Both the position numbers and the translations under genes were made by a program. A stretch of DNA of 63,969 bases, the filler included, from Folioceros fuciformis (lineage: Eukaryota): assembly GCA_049999805.1 (NCBI GenBank). It is 3 parts of one record of this genome, joined end to end, with 100 filler letters (N's around TTAATTAATTAA, not from the genome) between each part and the next. Parts side by side here need not be neighbours in the genome. Positions count along the whole stretch, not along the records: positions 23,993 to 36,740 come from JBNGIO010006183.1; positions 36,841 to 63,969 come from JBNGIO010006183.1; 1 more part is not named here. One strand, 5' to 3'. The notes beneath the pieces are model-generated. The model was given only the letters and a program-made list of their open reading frames with translations. It was not told the origin of the DNA and did not search any database. Position 1 is the stretch's first letter; each line of letters opens with the position of its first letter. Below are positions 25,263-37,541 of this stretch, piece by piece.

Positions 25263-27239
25263 ATGTACCAGATGAAGAAGTACACGAGTACTCCTCTTGT
25301 GCCTCATCGGGGTCCCCTGGGGCCTCAGCAGCCCAGAGACAGTCTCTACACAACCTCACTTGGTGGGGATGGACTTGTCACCTCAGCGGATCCGAAGCCC
25401 AGGCTTCGTTGGACTCCTGAACTCCACGAGCGCTTTGTTGACGCTGTCACACAGCTTGGGGGTGCTGACAGTAAGCACGCCACAGGACCCTTGACTGTTC
25501 ATCTGAAAAATGTGTGGTGCCAGGCAGAGGCGCAGCCTGGTGAAACGAATACTTTCACTCATTCGTCTTCGCCATATTGCAGAAGCAACACCAAAGACTG
25601 TTATGCGGGTGATGGGAGTAAAGGGCCTAACCCTTTATCATTTGAAAAGTCACCTTCAGGTACCGCCCGTCGCATTCTGCTTTGGCCCTGCTCATGTGTG
25701 CAGAGATCCTCATGCCACATGAGATGTTTTGTCATCTGTGATAGCCTGCACAATACCCTTGTTTGTCGGCGGTGCAGAAGTATAGGCTGGGAAAGCAGTT
25801 CCATAAAGACTCTCACCAGGACAGTAAGGATGGTGAGATTTTTTCCACCTTGGTGCCTTCATGATCTCCTGCCCTCGTCATGTGTTGAGATGTCGTTGTG
25901 GTGCTTTCGGGTTGTTTCCAGGATCGTCTGAAGTGCCTACGAGTACTACCTCTGGCGCTGACAATGTTCCCTCCCAAAATCCCACGGAGTAAGAGCCGCT
26001 CACAGTTTGCTTCGATTTTTTTTTCTTCGAAGAATTTTGCCTTCAACGGTGAGGGAATTGTTTGTAGCCTCATTTAATTCTGAATCTGGATCTGCAGTAG
26101 CTTGCAAATCACTGAAGCTCTCCGTCTACAAATGGAAGTCCAGAGAAGGTTGCATGAGCAATTGGAGGTAAGTTTCAGTGATGCACTTCTAGAAAAGGTG
26201 ACTGCCTCGTATCTGTCCTGGAGGAGATAATGCTGACCTTTTTTTCTGGTCCCTTGCGTATGTCCTCTAGGTGCAGAGACATCTTCAATTGCGAATTGAA
26301 GCACAGGGGAAATATTTGCAATCAATTCTGGAGAAAGCTCGCGAGACTCTGGCTGGCCATACTTCAACCTCACCTGGGCTCGCTGCTGCCGATAATGAAC
26401 TCTCTGATTTGGCCTCGAAAGTTTCTGATGAAGGTCTTAACTCCACTTTCCCTTCATTGATGAGCGCACCTACATTGACTGTACCTGCTATGCCTGATCT
26501 GTCGGAACTTGGGGGAAATCAAAGTTCAACGCAACTGCAGTCACAGTTCACAGACTCTTCTCCTCAGAGCTATCTAACGAGTCTGTCAAGTGAGAACAAT
26601 GAAATGAATGGTAACGAGATTGAGCAAAGAACAGGTATGCAGAGATTTAGACAAGATCTGTTTGGTAGTGATGGAGGAGTAATCAATGCAGATATGCATG
26701 GGGAAGAGGCCAGACCACAAGGGAATAGTGTCAACTCCATTCAAGTGGGAGGGAATGGTAGTCAGGAAGGAATGTTGTTCGAAGGGTCCGCCCAGCGAAA
26801 TCCTGCCTGCGACGTGTCCTTGGGAAGGATGTTGGTTGGTGGGATGCAGCCTGTCGAAAATGCTGAAGAAGCCCAGGCTTCACAGAATAGTGTGATGAGG
26901 ATTAAAAGGCAACCTGAATCTGCATTCGCAGAGTGGTCCACTTGTACTCTTGAAAGACCTGCTGCTAGGAGAGGCTCAACTATTGTTGCTGAGGAACGGA
27001 TGTCCACTATCGTTAAGGCTAGTGCTGTGTCTCTGCAGGGAAGCTACCCAACTGATGAGGCCACAAGAAATGCAACGGACTGTGGGGACGCATCTGGCCA
27101 ACCCGAAGCTCCTGCCAGCTGCAAACGGCTTAAGGTGGTGGAAGGACTGGATTTGAACTCGAGAGGGCCAGATGCTGCCATTCCTGCCCAAAGTGGACCT
27201 GAGCTGGATCTTAATGATAACTCTGGGTGGGATAGGTGA
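25263..27239 (+). CDS. GARP G2-like MYB-CC transcription factor (PHR1-like/PHL family); 6 exons
   Basis: DPKPRLRWTPELHERFVDAV..LGG..KATPK..LYHLKSHLQKYRL and coiled coil [34 protein letters not shown]. Exons 25263-25470, 25583-25659, 25778-25832, 25922-25988, 26098-26167, 26271-27239. Confidence 0.95.
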
Positions 27240-28232
27240 GTCCGATGCTTTCCAACAGGCATATCTGTTGCCCGCCGTGTATTATATATCACTGTGCAGT
27301 TAGATAACATGGCTTTTGTTTGACGGATTACCAACTCCATGGATACGACGGGCCTGTGAGGTTGTATGGGGGTAGGTCCGCCCTGGAGGAGGTGGTTACT
27401 CTGCTGCTGTATGAGTCAGCTGGGTACCCATTGCGGCACTGTACATACGGATTTTTCAGGTTCTGAGGATTACATCAGTACCTATTAGCTGACGGATATT
27501 TCATTTATGTCTGATGTCTATGTACATAGCGTAATACCTGTCGTCCAGAAAGGCTGTATTCGAACGACAGGATGGCCTTATTCGACACACTTATCGACCG
27601 GGAAAGGGTTTATTGTATGTGTGGTTCGAGTACTGGAGTTTCAGGAGTTATGGGAGGTGCGTTCCGTCTTCAGTCGGGAGATTTTTGTTGTTAGGAGGTG
27701 AGGGCTCTTCACATCTGAATATTGAGATACCTAGACTATTTATAAAGCGGGACGTGTCTTTATGTGGCAGTCTTTTGCGTGCGAACTAGGACAAGTATGT
27801 ACAAAGGAGTATACAGTTTTGGAATTATATGCAATCATGAGAATCATGACTCTTTGTAGGATTGTATCACTTTTCCGTGTAACTAGCGTTTGTGCTACCT
27901 ACTTATGTAGTTTCTTACCCAGGCTGTGTTGTGTAGTCGAAGTTGGTGAGGAGAAAGGGTAGTTGTTACGGTTACATATTCCGAAACGTGCAAAACGCCC
28001 ATCTTTGAATCGATCGACCCGCGCCCGCGCCCAGTCCGGTTCTGCTTGTCTCACTCGTTTCGTGTCGTTAATCGTGCCTGAAAACAAGTACATAAGCAAA
28101 TGGTGCGATAGTACATTTCAATGATAAAGAAAATACTTCATCTGCTCCCGGCGAGACCCCTGAGGCTCCTCATCCACGAGTTCCTAAACGACAAAAACTA
28201 TAATAGTACACGATCTGTGCAGGATCAGATCA

Positions 28233-28305
28233 CGCCGCCCGGGGGGCTCGAACCCCCGACCACAAGGTTAAGAGCCTTGCGCTCTACCGACTGAGCTAGG
28301 GCGGC
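28233..28305 (-). tRNA. tRNA-Lys(CTT)
   Basis: GCCGCCCTAGCTCAGTCGGTAGAGCGCAAGGCTCTTAACCTTGTGGTCGGGGGTTCGAGCCCCCCGGGCGGCG folds as a cloverleaf with A and B boxes and anticodon CTT. CAA lies just upstream and a T5 run ~35 nt downstream. Confidence 0.96.
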
Positions 28306-28899
28306 TTGCTCGACGCTTTGTCCCATTTCCAGATCAAGGCAAAGAAACCAGAGACGCCCGTAAGGATCCATCTGCGCCACGTGCAGCGCCTGGCGATCTT
28401 CCCCTTCCCATTCAGTGATGTGAACCCCTCTACGAGTGCCGCCTCCGGTTTCAAAGAACCGCTTTCACTTGGGGCGGCCGTTTCTGTCGCTCACGATCAG
28501 AAATGCTGGTCCAGTCCGTAAGCCTGTTCCACCCACACCGTCGAGTGTCTACCGCTGGGCCGGTTCGCTGCATTGCCTCAGCTCTAGGTTCTATAGCTTT
28601 TGTTAGGCCCCGTCACGATCCAGCCGGGCGTGCTCAGGTCCAAATTGCGGTTCCGTCAGCAGCTGCTGCCCAGGTCAATCTCATCCTGAGCCTGTGATTG
28701 TGACATACGAGCAGGTGGGACAAGGAGTCGGAGAAGGTACTGTACGCTGGGATGTGACCCAACATCCTCACCTTTGCTGTAATGTCAAAAAGTGTCACCA
28801 AGTAACACAAAGAGAGTGTCTTGTCAGAGGAAACCAAGGAACTCGTCCATGGGCTTCACGCCATTGGCACCCACGGGACTGCTGAACAAAGATATCTAG

Positions 28900-30958
28900 A
28901 GATGCTTCTCATCTCCAACCAAAAAACTAAGCACCAGACCGCCCTGGTCTGTCCACCAGCTTTGCCCTGGTTGCCTTCATGCCCTGATCGCCTTTCACCT
29001 CCTCTGCACCTCATGTGCCTGTTCCAACATTTGCACACTGATGTATATGTTTGTCATCAGCACATATGCCGCGGCGTCCTTCTCTAGTTTCATTGCTTCG
29101 TTGAAAGCATAGCGTCCCGCCTTCACGTTACTCCCCTTTTGACAAACACCAACAGCGTGTGTCAAACTGCACCATCAGGCAATACAGGCATTGATCTTGC
29201 CAAAGCTAAAACTAGTGCCTGATGCAGATGTCCTTCTCGACCTACGAGATCCACCATACATGTGTAATGCTCCTCTGTTGGAGGGACGCCAGACAACCTC
29301 ATAGCCTCAAAGTCCTCCCACCCCCTCTCCACTAGACCCGCGTGGCTGCAAACTCGGAGTACGCTAAGGAATGTGATGCTGTCTGGCACTATGCCTTCCC
29401 GCGTCATTCTCTGAACCAAGCGAAATGCTTCGTCACACTCTCCTTGACAGGTGTAGCCTGCAGTCAAAGCATTCCAGGTGACAATATTTGCCTTGGGCAG
29501 TGCATCAACCATGCTCCCGGACTCCCCGTACATGTTAATCAAACTGCCGGCCACGTTTGTACACGCCTGAAGTAGGCACATGAATGTCATGGAGTTGGGT
29601 GTAGTCATTCCTTCATCCTGCATAGCACAGTAGGGACGAAGGGATTCCTGCCCCATGCCCTGCTGGGAATATCCAGCTATCATGGCAGTCCAAGTCACCA
29701 CATCTTTTTCACGAAGTCCATCAAACGCAGTTTCAGCACTTTCCAGGCTGCCACACTTGGCATACATATTCACCAAACTGCTGGCAACAAATACATCAGA
29801 TTCGTACCCTTAATCCCTAATCTGAGCACGAAGCTGCTTCCCCTTGCCTAAAGCTGAAATCCCTCAACTGGCATCTGCCTGCACGAGGCACACAAATGTC
29901 ACAGAATTTGGTACAAGCATGCCCTTTTCTAGCATAGCACTGTAGAGATCAAAAGCCTCCTTGCCCTTCTGGGAATATCCTGATATCATGGCAGTCCATG
30001 TCACCACATTCTTCTGACCAACTGCATCAACCACTCTCCGGGCATCTCCCAAGCTGCCACACTTTGCATCCATGTTCACCAAACTGTTACCTATAAACAC
30101 TCCAGCTTTAAAGCCTTGGTCTCTTACCTGTGCATGAAGAAGATTGCCCTTCTCCAGGGCTGGAGGGCCAACACTTGCACATGCCTGCAGGATGCAGACG
30201 AATGTCACAGGATTGGGTAGGACCAAACCTTCTTCTTGCATCGCATGGTACAGACGGAGGGCTTCATGCCCTACTGGGAATGCCCTGCTACCATAGCATT
30301 CCACATCACCACATCTTTCTTGCCAAGTCCATCAAACACTCTCTTGGCGTCTTCTAAGCTGCCACACTTTGCATAGCTGTCCACCAAGCAACTCGAAAGT
30401 AACAGATTCGGCTTGACACCACTGGCCAGCACGTCAGCATGCAGTTGCTGCCCAGGTTTCAAATAAGACCCCCGTGCACAAGCCTGAAGGGCTGCCACAA
30501 GCACATTGGCCATCTGGCTTCACACCGGACCTTCTCATTCGATGATAAAACTGTAGAGCCTGCTTGTCTTGTCCGTGTTGTACAAGCTCGGAAATTATAG
30601 CAGACCACGTGAAAGCATCCGGCTGAGCTATGGCTTCGAACACGTCCCCCGCGTCTTGCAACATGCCATGAGCAGCATACATTCGCAGGATGTGGAAGCC
30701 CAGGGACGTATCTGACTGGTACCCCTTCCTCACTGTAAAAGAACGAACGTGGCTCCACCGAACAACATCCTTGTTGGCCACACATTTCTTCAGAACAGTG
30801 TAAAAGAGGGTTCCGGAAATGCAACGGCCCAACTGCACAAGAACGTCCAAGGCCTCAACAGCCTGGGTAAGATGCTCCTCATGACACAGCTTGCTCACGG
30901 TTTCAGCCGATACGCCCATGTCGTGAACAGCAGGGCCGCCAGGGTCAGGATCATCCAC
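28900..30958 (-). pseudogene. PLS-class PPR protein pseudogene with E domain and PG(WW) box
   Basis: Repeated motifs LVNMYAKCGSL, DVVTWTAMI.GY and P..VTFVC.LQAC; E-domain YVLMTNIY; PGQSWW at 28953-28970. Frameshifts near 30510, 30275 and 29130; in-frame TGA at 29864 and 29162. Confidence 0.9.
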
Positions 30959-32595
30959 GATCCATGGTCAAATGCATGATGAGCATATATGATACCCATA
31001 TCCGGAGCAAGCTGCCCATCGATCCGACCTGGCTTGGACACGTTCAACCACACCCGAAAATCAGGTTAAAAGAGTGGCTTCGCATTTCGCCTGCTATCCT
31101 GCTTGCCCAACCAAAATCTCTCCTTGCTGCCACCCTAAAAGAATCGTCTCCAGCCACATCCGCCCTTACACTGGTTGGCTGTCTTCCACAAGTGCTGCAT
31201 CTCCTGACATGGCTGCGTGCAAATTCTTTGTTCCTTGATTCCCGTCGAGCGAAAGCCTGGCCTACAGTACTCGGTAACCCACCAGCCATGGCTCGCAGGA
31301 GCACGTCGCGTTCTCGGGATCCAGGCTGACAGACCCACGCAGACGACGTCTCGTCTCGTAGTGGAAGGTTGCAGGCTTTCCACATTATGCACGATGCATG
31401 ACTTCGCCGTGCGGGATAGGATACAGCATGTATGTATATGTATATATTGACACAAAGACTCTCTCCAGCCGTGCATCTTTATGTATGTCTATGGTCACAT
31501 ACCGGCATCTTGCCATTCCGAACATGGTGCATTTATAAAATATACATATGGCCAGTTAATAAATTTATTTGATAATATATATTCAAAATTCTCTAGATTA
31601 CTTTTTTTCTCTAATCTTATAATTAAATTATTTAAATTTATTTTAAAAAAACTATCTATGAGAGATACATAGAGATACTAAGAGCGAACCCCAAAGCCCA
31701 ATGACTATCAATAGCACCACCTAAAATATTTAAAAGATCTACTACTAAAGCTGCTTAGGCAACTTCTCTTACTAAATATATTATATTAGCAATATATTAT
31801 AAATATATTATATTATATTATATTATATTATATTATATAATAATATTATTTCAATGCCTTGATAAAGATCCCTCCTCATGGGACTTATAAAAATTCGTCC
31901 ATGCCCGGAGTTCCGTGTGGAAGGACCGTAACCATCTTCGTCCTTGTCAAGCAAACCGGTGGAGGGTTTCGTCCAGTCGGTGCGTATATACTATGTGTGC
32001 ATGTAGATGCCAGAGCCCCGTTTCACGCGACAGCAACCGTTATGATAATTCCAGGGTTCCTATGAGGTGTAAAGTAGATGACAGCGGAAGCTGTGGCGGA
32101 CGGTGGGAACGTGGCTCGTTTGGCGAATGCTTAAATACTGTTCTGTGTCTCCCGCGGGACAAAGTTGACTCAATCTACTGCCGGAATGCGCGAACCGAAC
32201 TTCGCGTTACGGCCGCGCCCGTTTTTCATATTTTGATCGTTTCCGCGCTTCGACGATCCCTAGGATCAGATTTTCCAGCTGTGTGCCAGTCGAGGACGCG
32301 CTTAGTGCTGCCTCCACTAAGCCCCAGTGCGCGGGCTCGGGTCTCCCACCAGGAGCAGCGCATGAATCCGCCTCTCAACGCTGCTGCCTGCCTGTGGGAC
32401 GCCCGCCAGCCCTGGATCGCTTCCAGGTCGAGCTGCGGGCTGGGGCAATGGAAATGGGAGGGTGCTGGACTGGAGCTGGTCACGGATCTGGTAGCGGGAA
32501 TTGGAGATGATCAGATCGCGTAGGTGGAGGTCCGGATCACGCTGAGTTAGGAAACTCGTGTGCGGATTGGGGACCAGGTTGCAAAGGCCCAGACA

Positions 32596-35120
32596 ATGGA
32601 GCGCAAGCCGGAACGGTTGTACTCGGCCAGGTTCAAGCTTGGCCGACAGTCCTCTCTCCAGCCGAAAGTGGATTCTCAACCTGAGGAAGACGGGGACCTC
32701 ACGCCTGAGGACGAAATGTCCCCTACGGATCAGGACATGGACGTCTTTCAATTGCTCTTCTACGCTCACGAGGGGAATCTGGAAGGAATAAAGTCCCTTC
32801 TTTCGGGAGGATTGGACGTCAACTCCGCGGATCTTGATAAACGCACGGCTTTGCACGTTGCTTCCTGCGAGGGCCACTTGGGGGTGGTCAAGTATCTCAT
32901 ACAAGAGAAACAGGCCAATGTGAATGTGGAAGACCGATGGGGAAGCACGGTGATGCCCGGTTTTGTGGTGCTGTCTGTGCTGTGATTCAATTGCTTTTTC
33001 GATTTTGCGTTTTTGCGCGCATTCGTATGGCACACCTTGACTCTCTGGATAATTGGTGGTTTCCAGCCGTTGCGAGATGCAAACCACTACGGGATGAAGG
33101 AGGTGTCGGAGTTGCTGGAGAAACACGGTGGCAGGATACCTGTTAAGTCTTTTCACCAGACCCTTGTCAAAACTGTATGATTGAAATGGGAGATAAGTCT
33201 TTCGTGGCTACGTTGCCTTTAGGATATCGTGGTTGGTTGTTTGGGATCATTCTTACCACTCTCTGAACCTGTTTTGTGATATGTTGTGGCTCCTCGTTTT
33301 TGTTCGCAGAAAAGCTTTTCATCCATGCGCACCGAGAATCCGCCCGAATATGAAATGAACCCTGACCTTCTACTTTTCGTCAAACCCATTGTAAGTGCAA
33401 TTTGTTCAACCCAGTCGTGTTCTCACTTCCTTAGTCCCACCGAAAGTGTCTTTTGGCCTCTTCATCTTTGTTGGAGTATGTTTTTCAGCATCAAAACGGT
33501 TTTACCATCTTCAGGATGGCAAAGGCAACTATAGCGAGTACAACATGACAGGTACCAAAGTTGTTGTGAAAACTCTGTCCAGCCGAGCTGTGACCACGGA
33601 GAATTTGTAAGTGTTGTGGGCTGTGTAGATGCAGTCATTGAGTCTGCGAGGACGGGTGTAAGAAGACTCACGTTCGTTGAATGTTTGCAGATCATCTTTT
33701 AGAGATGAGCTGAGGGTATTGCAAAAGCTGAGGCACCCAAATGTCGTCCAGTTTCTCGGTGCCGTTACTCAGACAACGCCAATGATGATCGTGACCGAGC
33801 ATCTCCCGATGGTACGTGCATCCTTGTGGTAAAGGACGACTTTGTTTGTGTCTGAATTCAGTGAAATCTTGTGGGGATACTATTGCAAATGAATAATGCT
33901 AGATGACATTTGAGACCCCAATGGCAGGTTTTGCGCGATTATCTGGACAAGAATAAAAGGCTGGAGCCCGCAAAAGCAGTGAAGTTTGCTCTTGATGTGG
34001 CAAGGTAAAGGGTAGTTCAGACATGTGTAAAGCCAGACAAGGTCGAGCCTCTGGAGCTCCCCCGTTCTGAGATTGTTTGCCTGTCCTGTACGCATGACCA
34101 GGGGAATGAATTACCTACATGAACGCAAGCCAGAAGCTATTGTCCTTCATGATCTGAGTCCTAGGTAATGTGAACATCTGTGGTCGCTGGCCTGTTTTCA
34201 ATATCTTCTCTCCACTACCACGAGGATCCAGTGAGTCCTAATATTGGTCTGTCTGAAGAAGTTTCTGGGACATATCACTCATCAATCTACCTTCCAGCAA
34301 GCTATCAGAAGCCTCATGCGGGACAAAGGACGTCATGTGAAGGTGGCAGGCTTCGGTGCAAGTCTACTCCTTCGTGAGGGTCAAGGCGGCCGCCTCCGCT
34401 TTTCTGATTTCAGCACAAAGGTCCGACCATACTACGGGCACGCAGACGAAAGCCGTAAGTCCTATGTGCGCAATGGTTGTCTGGCTCACCAGTGCTACTG
34501 AATTGGACCCCATCTGCCAGTCTATCCTGCCTGGACTCTGTCAGAGTCTCATCTAACCCCCGTCTCCGCGGTTAGGTCGTTACATGGCTCCCGAGTTGAC
34601 CAGAGAAGAAGACTATGACTGCCGTGTGGATGTCTTCTCCTTCGCGTTAATTCTTCACGAGGTAATTGTTGTAGTGGGAAATGAAGTCATCTTGCCTTTT
34701 CCGTTACTAATGAACTTCTGGCGTTTGCGTGGTTCTAAGGCGCCCATCCTTCCGTTGCAGATGATTGAGGGTGCCGTTCCCTTTGCAGAGAAGTCGGCTG
34801 AGGAGGCTGCCAAGTGTTACGCCCAAGGTGACAGGCCTCCATTTAGGGCCAGCTCGCGGCATTATCCTTGCAACTTGAAGGGGTGAGAACTTGGGCAGCT
34901 ATCAAACGATCCTAGCTTTTCAGCTTGTGTGCGTGAGTACTAATAGACGTGATCTGGCAGGCTCATAGAACAATGTTGGCGTAGTGAGCCAAGCAAGAGA
35001 CCAATGTTTGACCACATAATCAAGGATCTCGAAGAGATCCGCCAGCGTTTGAAAGATAGAAAGTGGGTTGCGAAGTTGAAGAACCTCTTCAAGGATAAGG
35101 GCTCCTCCCGAGGTGTCTGA
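32596..35120 (+). CDS. ILK: Integrin-linked-kinase-type ankyrin-repeat Raf-like kinase; multi-exon
   Basis: N-terminal RFKLGRQSSL; ankyrin repeats DLDKRTALHVASCEG and DRWGSTP; kinase motifs LRHPNVVQFLGAVTQ, DVARGMNYLHE, YMAPE, DVFSF. The last exon (34961-35120) ends in TGA. Confidence 0.93.
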
Positions 35121-35456
35121 CGGGGTTGGGCACCAGGCTTCAATGCGGCCTATACCGATCAAAGTCAGGCTGTGGAAGCTTGTATTATATAGTGATAGCA
35201 GTCTTTTATCCCAAATGGGCATTGTTTTGATGGAACGGAAAAAGTAAGAGGCCTATATTGTTTGTCCAAAAAGTTGAAGGTTTTATTTATTGATTTTGGA
35301 ATGAAATATCTAATTTTAATAAAAATATATTTTAAGAGAGATTTTAAAAAAATAAAATAATTATATTTTTATATATTAAATAATCTTTAGTCGTGTAAAT
35401 TTTGTAAGCAAGATCTTAATTGCATTAGGATAGGGGATTCTACAGGTGGATCCCAC

Positions 35457-35740
35457 CCTTGCTTGGGGGCTCAACGAATGGGAGACCTTGCTTAGTAAAT
35501 AGCAGGCTCAATGGATTGGAGGCCTTACTTAGTAGATAGAGGGCTCAATGGATGGGAGACCTTGCTTAGTAGATAGAGGGCTCAATGGATGGGATAGAGG
35601 GCTCAACATATGGGAGACCTTAATTAGCGGAAAGGGAGCTCAATGGATGGGAGACTTTGCTTGAGGATAGGGGGCTCAATGGATGGGAGACCTTGCTTAA
35701 GGGATAGCGGGCTCAATGGACAGGAGACCTTGCTTAGCTT
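35457..35740. repeat. ~37-bp minisatellite, about 8 degenerate copies
   Basis: Unit gggctcaatggatgggagaccttgcttagtagataga, e.g. at 35541 and 35578. Confidence 0.9.
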
Positions 35741-35750
35741 CTACTATTTG

Positions 35751-35895
35751 GCAGATGAGATATGTGACTTAAGAGATGTGTCTTTTGCAGATAAGATATA
35801 TGATTTAAGAGATGTACCTTTTGCGGATGAGATATGTGACTTAAGAGATATGCCTTCTGCGGATGAGATATGTAACTTAAGAGATGTGCCTTTCA
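35751..35895. repeat. 36-bp minisatellite, 4 copies
   Basis: Unit gcagatgagatatgtgacttaagagatgtgtctttt at 35751, 35787, 35823 and 35859. Confidence 0.9.
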
Positions 35896-36740
35896 GTCCA
35901 CATAAGGTGATCAGGAAATTTTTGTATTGGTGGGATAGGAGTGACTTTCGGAATTTTGGATGAATGTACCTAATTGGGCAAACTTTCTACAAAACCAAAA
36001 TGGACTTTGTTGTGGTTAAGCAAAGGGCACCACAATCTCTCTCTAGCACTTGAGCTTTTTGTTGATACACAGCTAACCACTCATGCCATGGATCTACTCA
36101 AGTGTCCACCCATTTTGTTCTTAGATGTATATGATATGATTGCCAAGGGAGAATCATGCATATGTAGTCAACTAACAAATGGCTTGGAAATCACAACATT
36201 GTGACCACAGGTAACAATTTCATGTAGCTCTGTGAACTCACTAGCTTATAATACTTTTGTTTCTTAGCATCTATGAACCTATAGGCAGTAGATGATGAAA
36301 CCTATAAGTGATAGATCAATATATCATCATCTCATCATAGAACATGAACATAATAGGAATACCATAGAATTTGACTCGCATACTGTCCAAAATCAATTCT
36401 CTAACCCCCAAGGTTTCTGCAAGATAGCCTACCAGCTTGAGCCCAAGATCAAGCTCATGCTCAAGCTAAAACTTCAACCCGCATTCCACATATCATCACG
36501 AGAAGAAATTTGTATATCTCATTTAAAATAACTATATATTGGATGAAGAAAACTGTATATGTCATAATAAAACTAAAATGAATAGACTTCAGAGATTGTA
36601 GTGCTGGGTTGTATGAGTATGAACAGGTGATGTAATATGTTATAACACTAAACTATTATGCTAATTTTTATGTCATCCTAGGGATATAATGTCATTATAT
36701 TAGACTATGATGCTAGTTTCTTGGTCTTTCTATACATATG

Positions 36741-36840
36741 NNNNNNNNNNNNNNNNNNNNNNNNNNNNNNNNNNNNNNNNNNNNTTAATTAATTAANNNN
36801 NNNNNNNNNNNNNNNNNNNNNNNNNNNNNNNNNNNNNNNN
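36741..36840. other. Assembly gap with artificial linker
   Basis: 44 N + TTAATTAATTAA + 44 N. Confidence 0.97.
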
Positions 36841-37541
36841 GGATGTATGGTTCCATACCATGGATGAGAATATTCTCTCCACATATTCCATTTTAGTGAT
36901 ATAGAATAACTTGCTGGTATGAATAAGAACATCTAGAAAATATAGAGAACATACAACATAAATTTTGTGTCAAACCAAGCAACCTCTTCGGCAATGAGAA
37001 ATAATATAATAATCCTAATAAGTCTCCTGCAAGACCTTTTCAAAGTGTACAGGTTTTATAAAATCCTAATAATTTAGAATAACTTGCTAGTATGAATAAG
37101 AACATCTAGGAAATGTAAAGAATAAAGTCTATTTTATTAAAAAAAATAGATTATATGTAAAAACAAAAAACACTTCCTGCACAGCCACATCATGGTAATT
37201 GGTGATGACTCCATGTGTAACTTCTAGCAATCATACCTTGCTAGTCATATCTCTTTAGGTTGGGCAAGAATGTTAAAGAAGAGTAAATAATATTAGGGTT
37301 ATGAAAAAATATATTTTATGTATAATTATTTTTAACCAGGATTATGAGAGATTAATTCATGTATTTATTCCCAATTATTTATGATATAAATAATTATTTA
37401 AAATTAATCCCAAAATATGGCACTAGAAAATATACAAATAAAAACTTCATAAATTCTCTACAACAAATAAACATGCGAATTATTTTTAATCTATAAAACA
37501 GTTTTGCCTCAATGCCCTAGAAAGAATCACACCTACTCAAT

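Noticed and set aside
35457-35895. CRISPR-like appearance of the 36-37 bp periodic repeats
   Set aside because: The units are contiguous with no unique spacers, there are no cas genes and the context is eukaryotic.
36903-37115. ~40-bp direct repeat (agaataacttgct.gtatgaataagaacatctag)
   Set aside because: Two copies in AT-rich intergenic DNA; too short for LTRs and no internal coding sequence.
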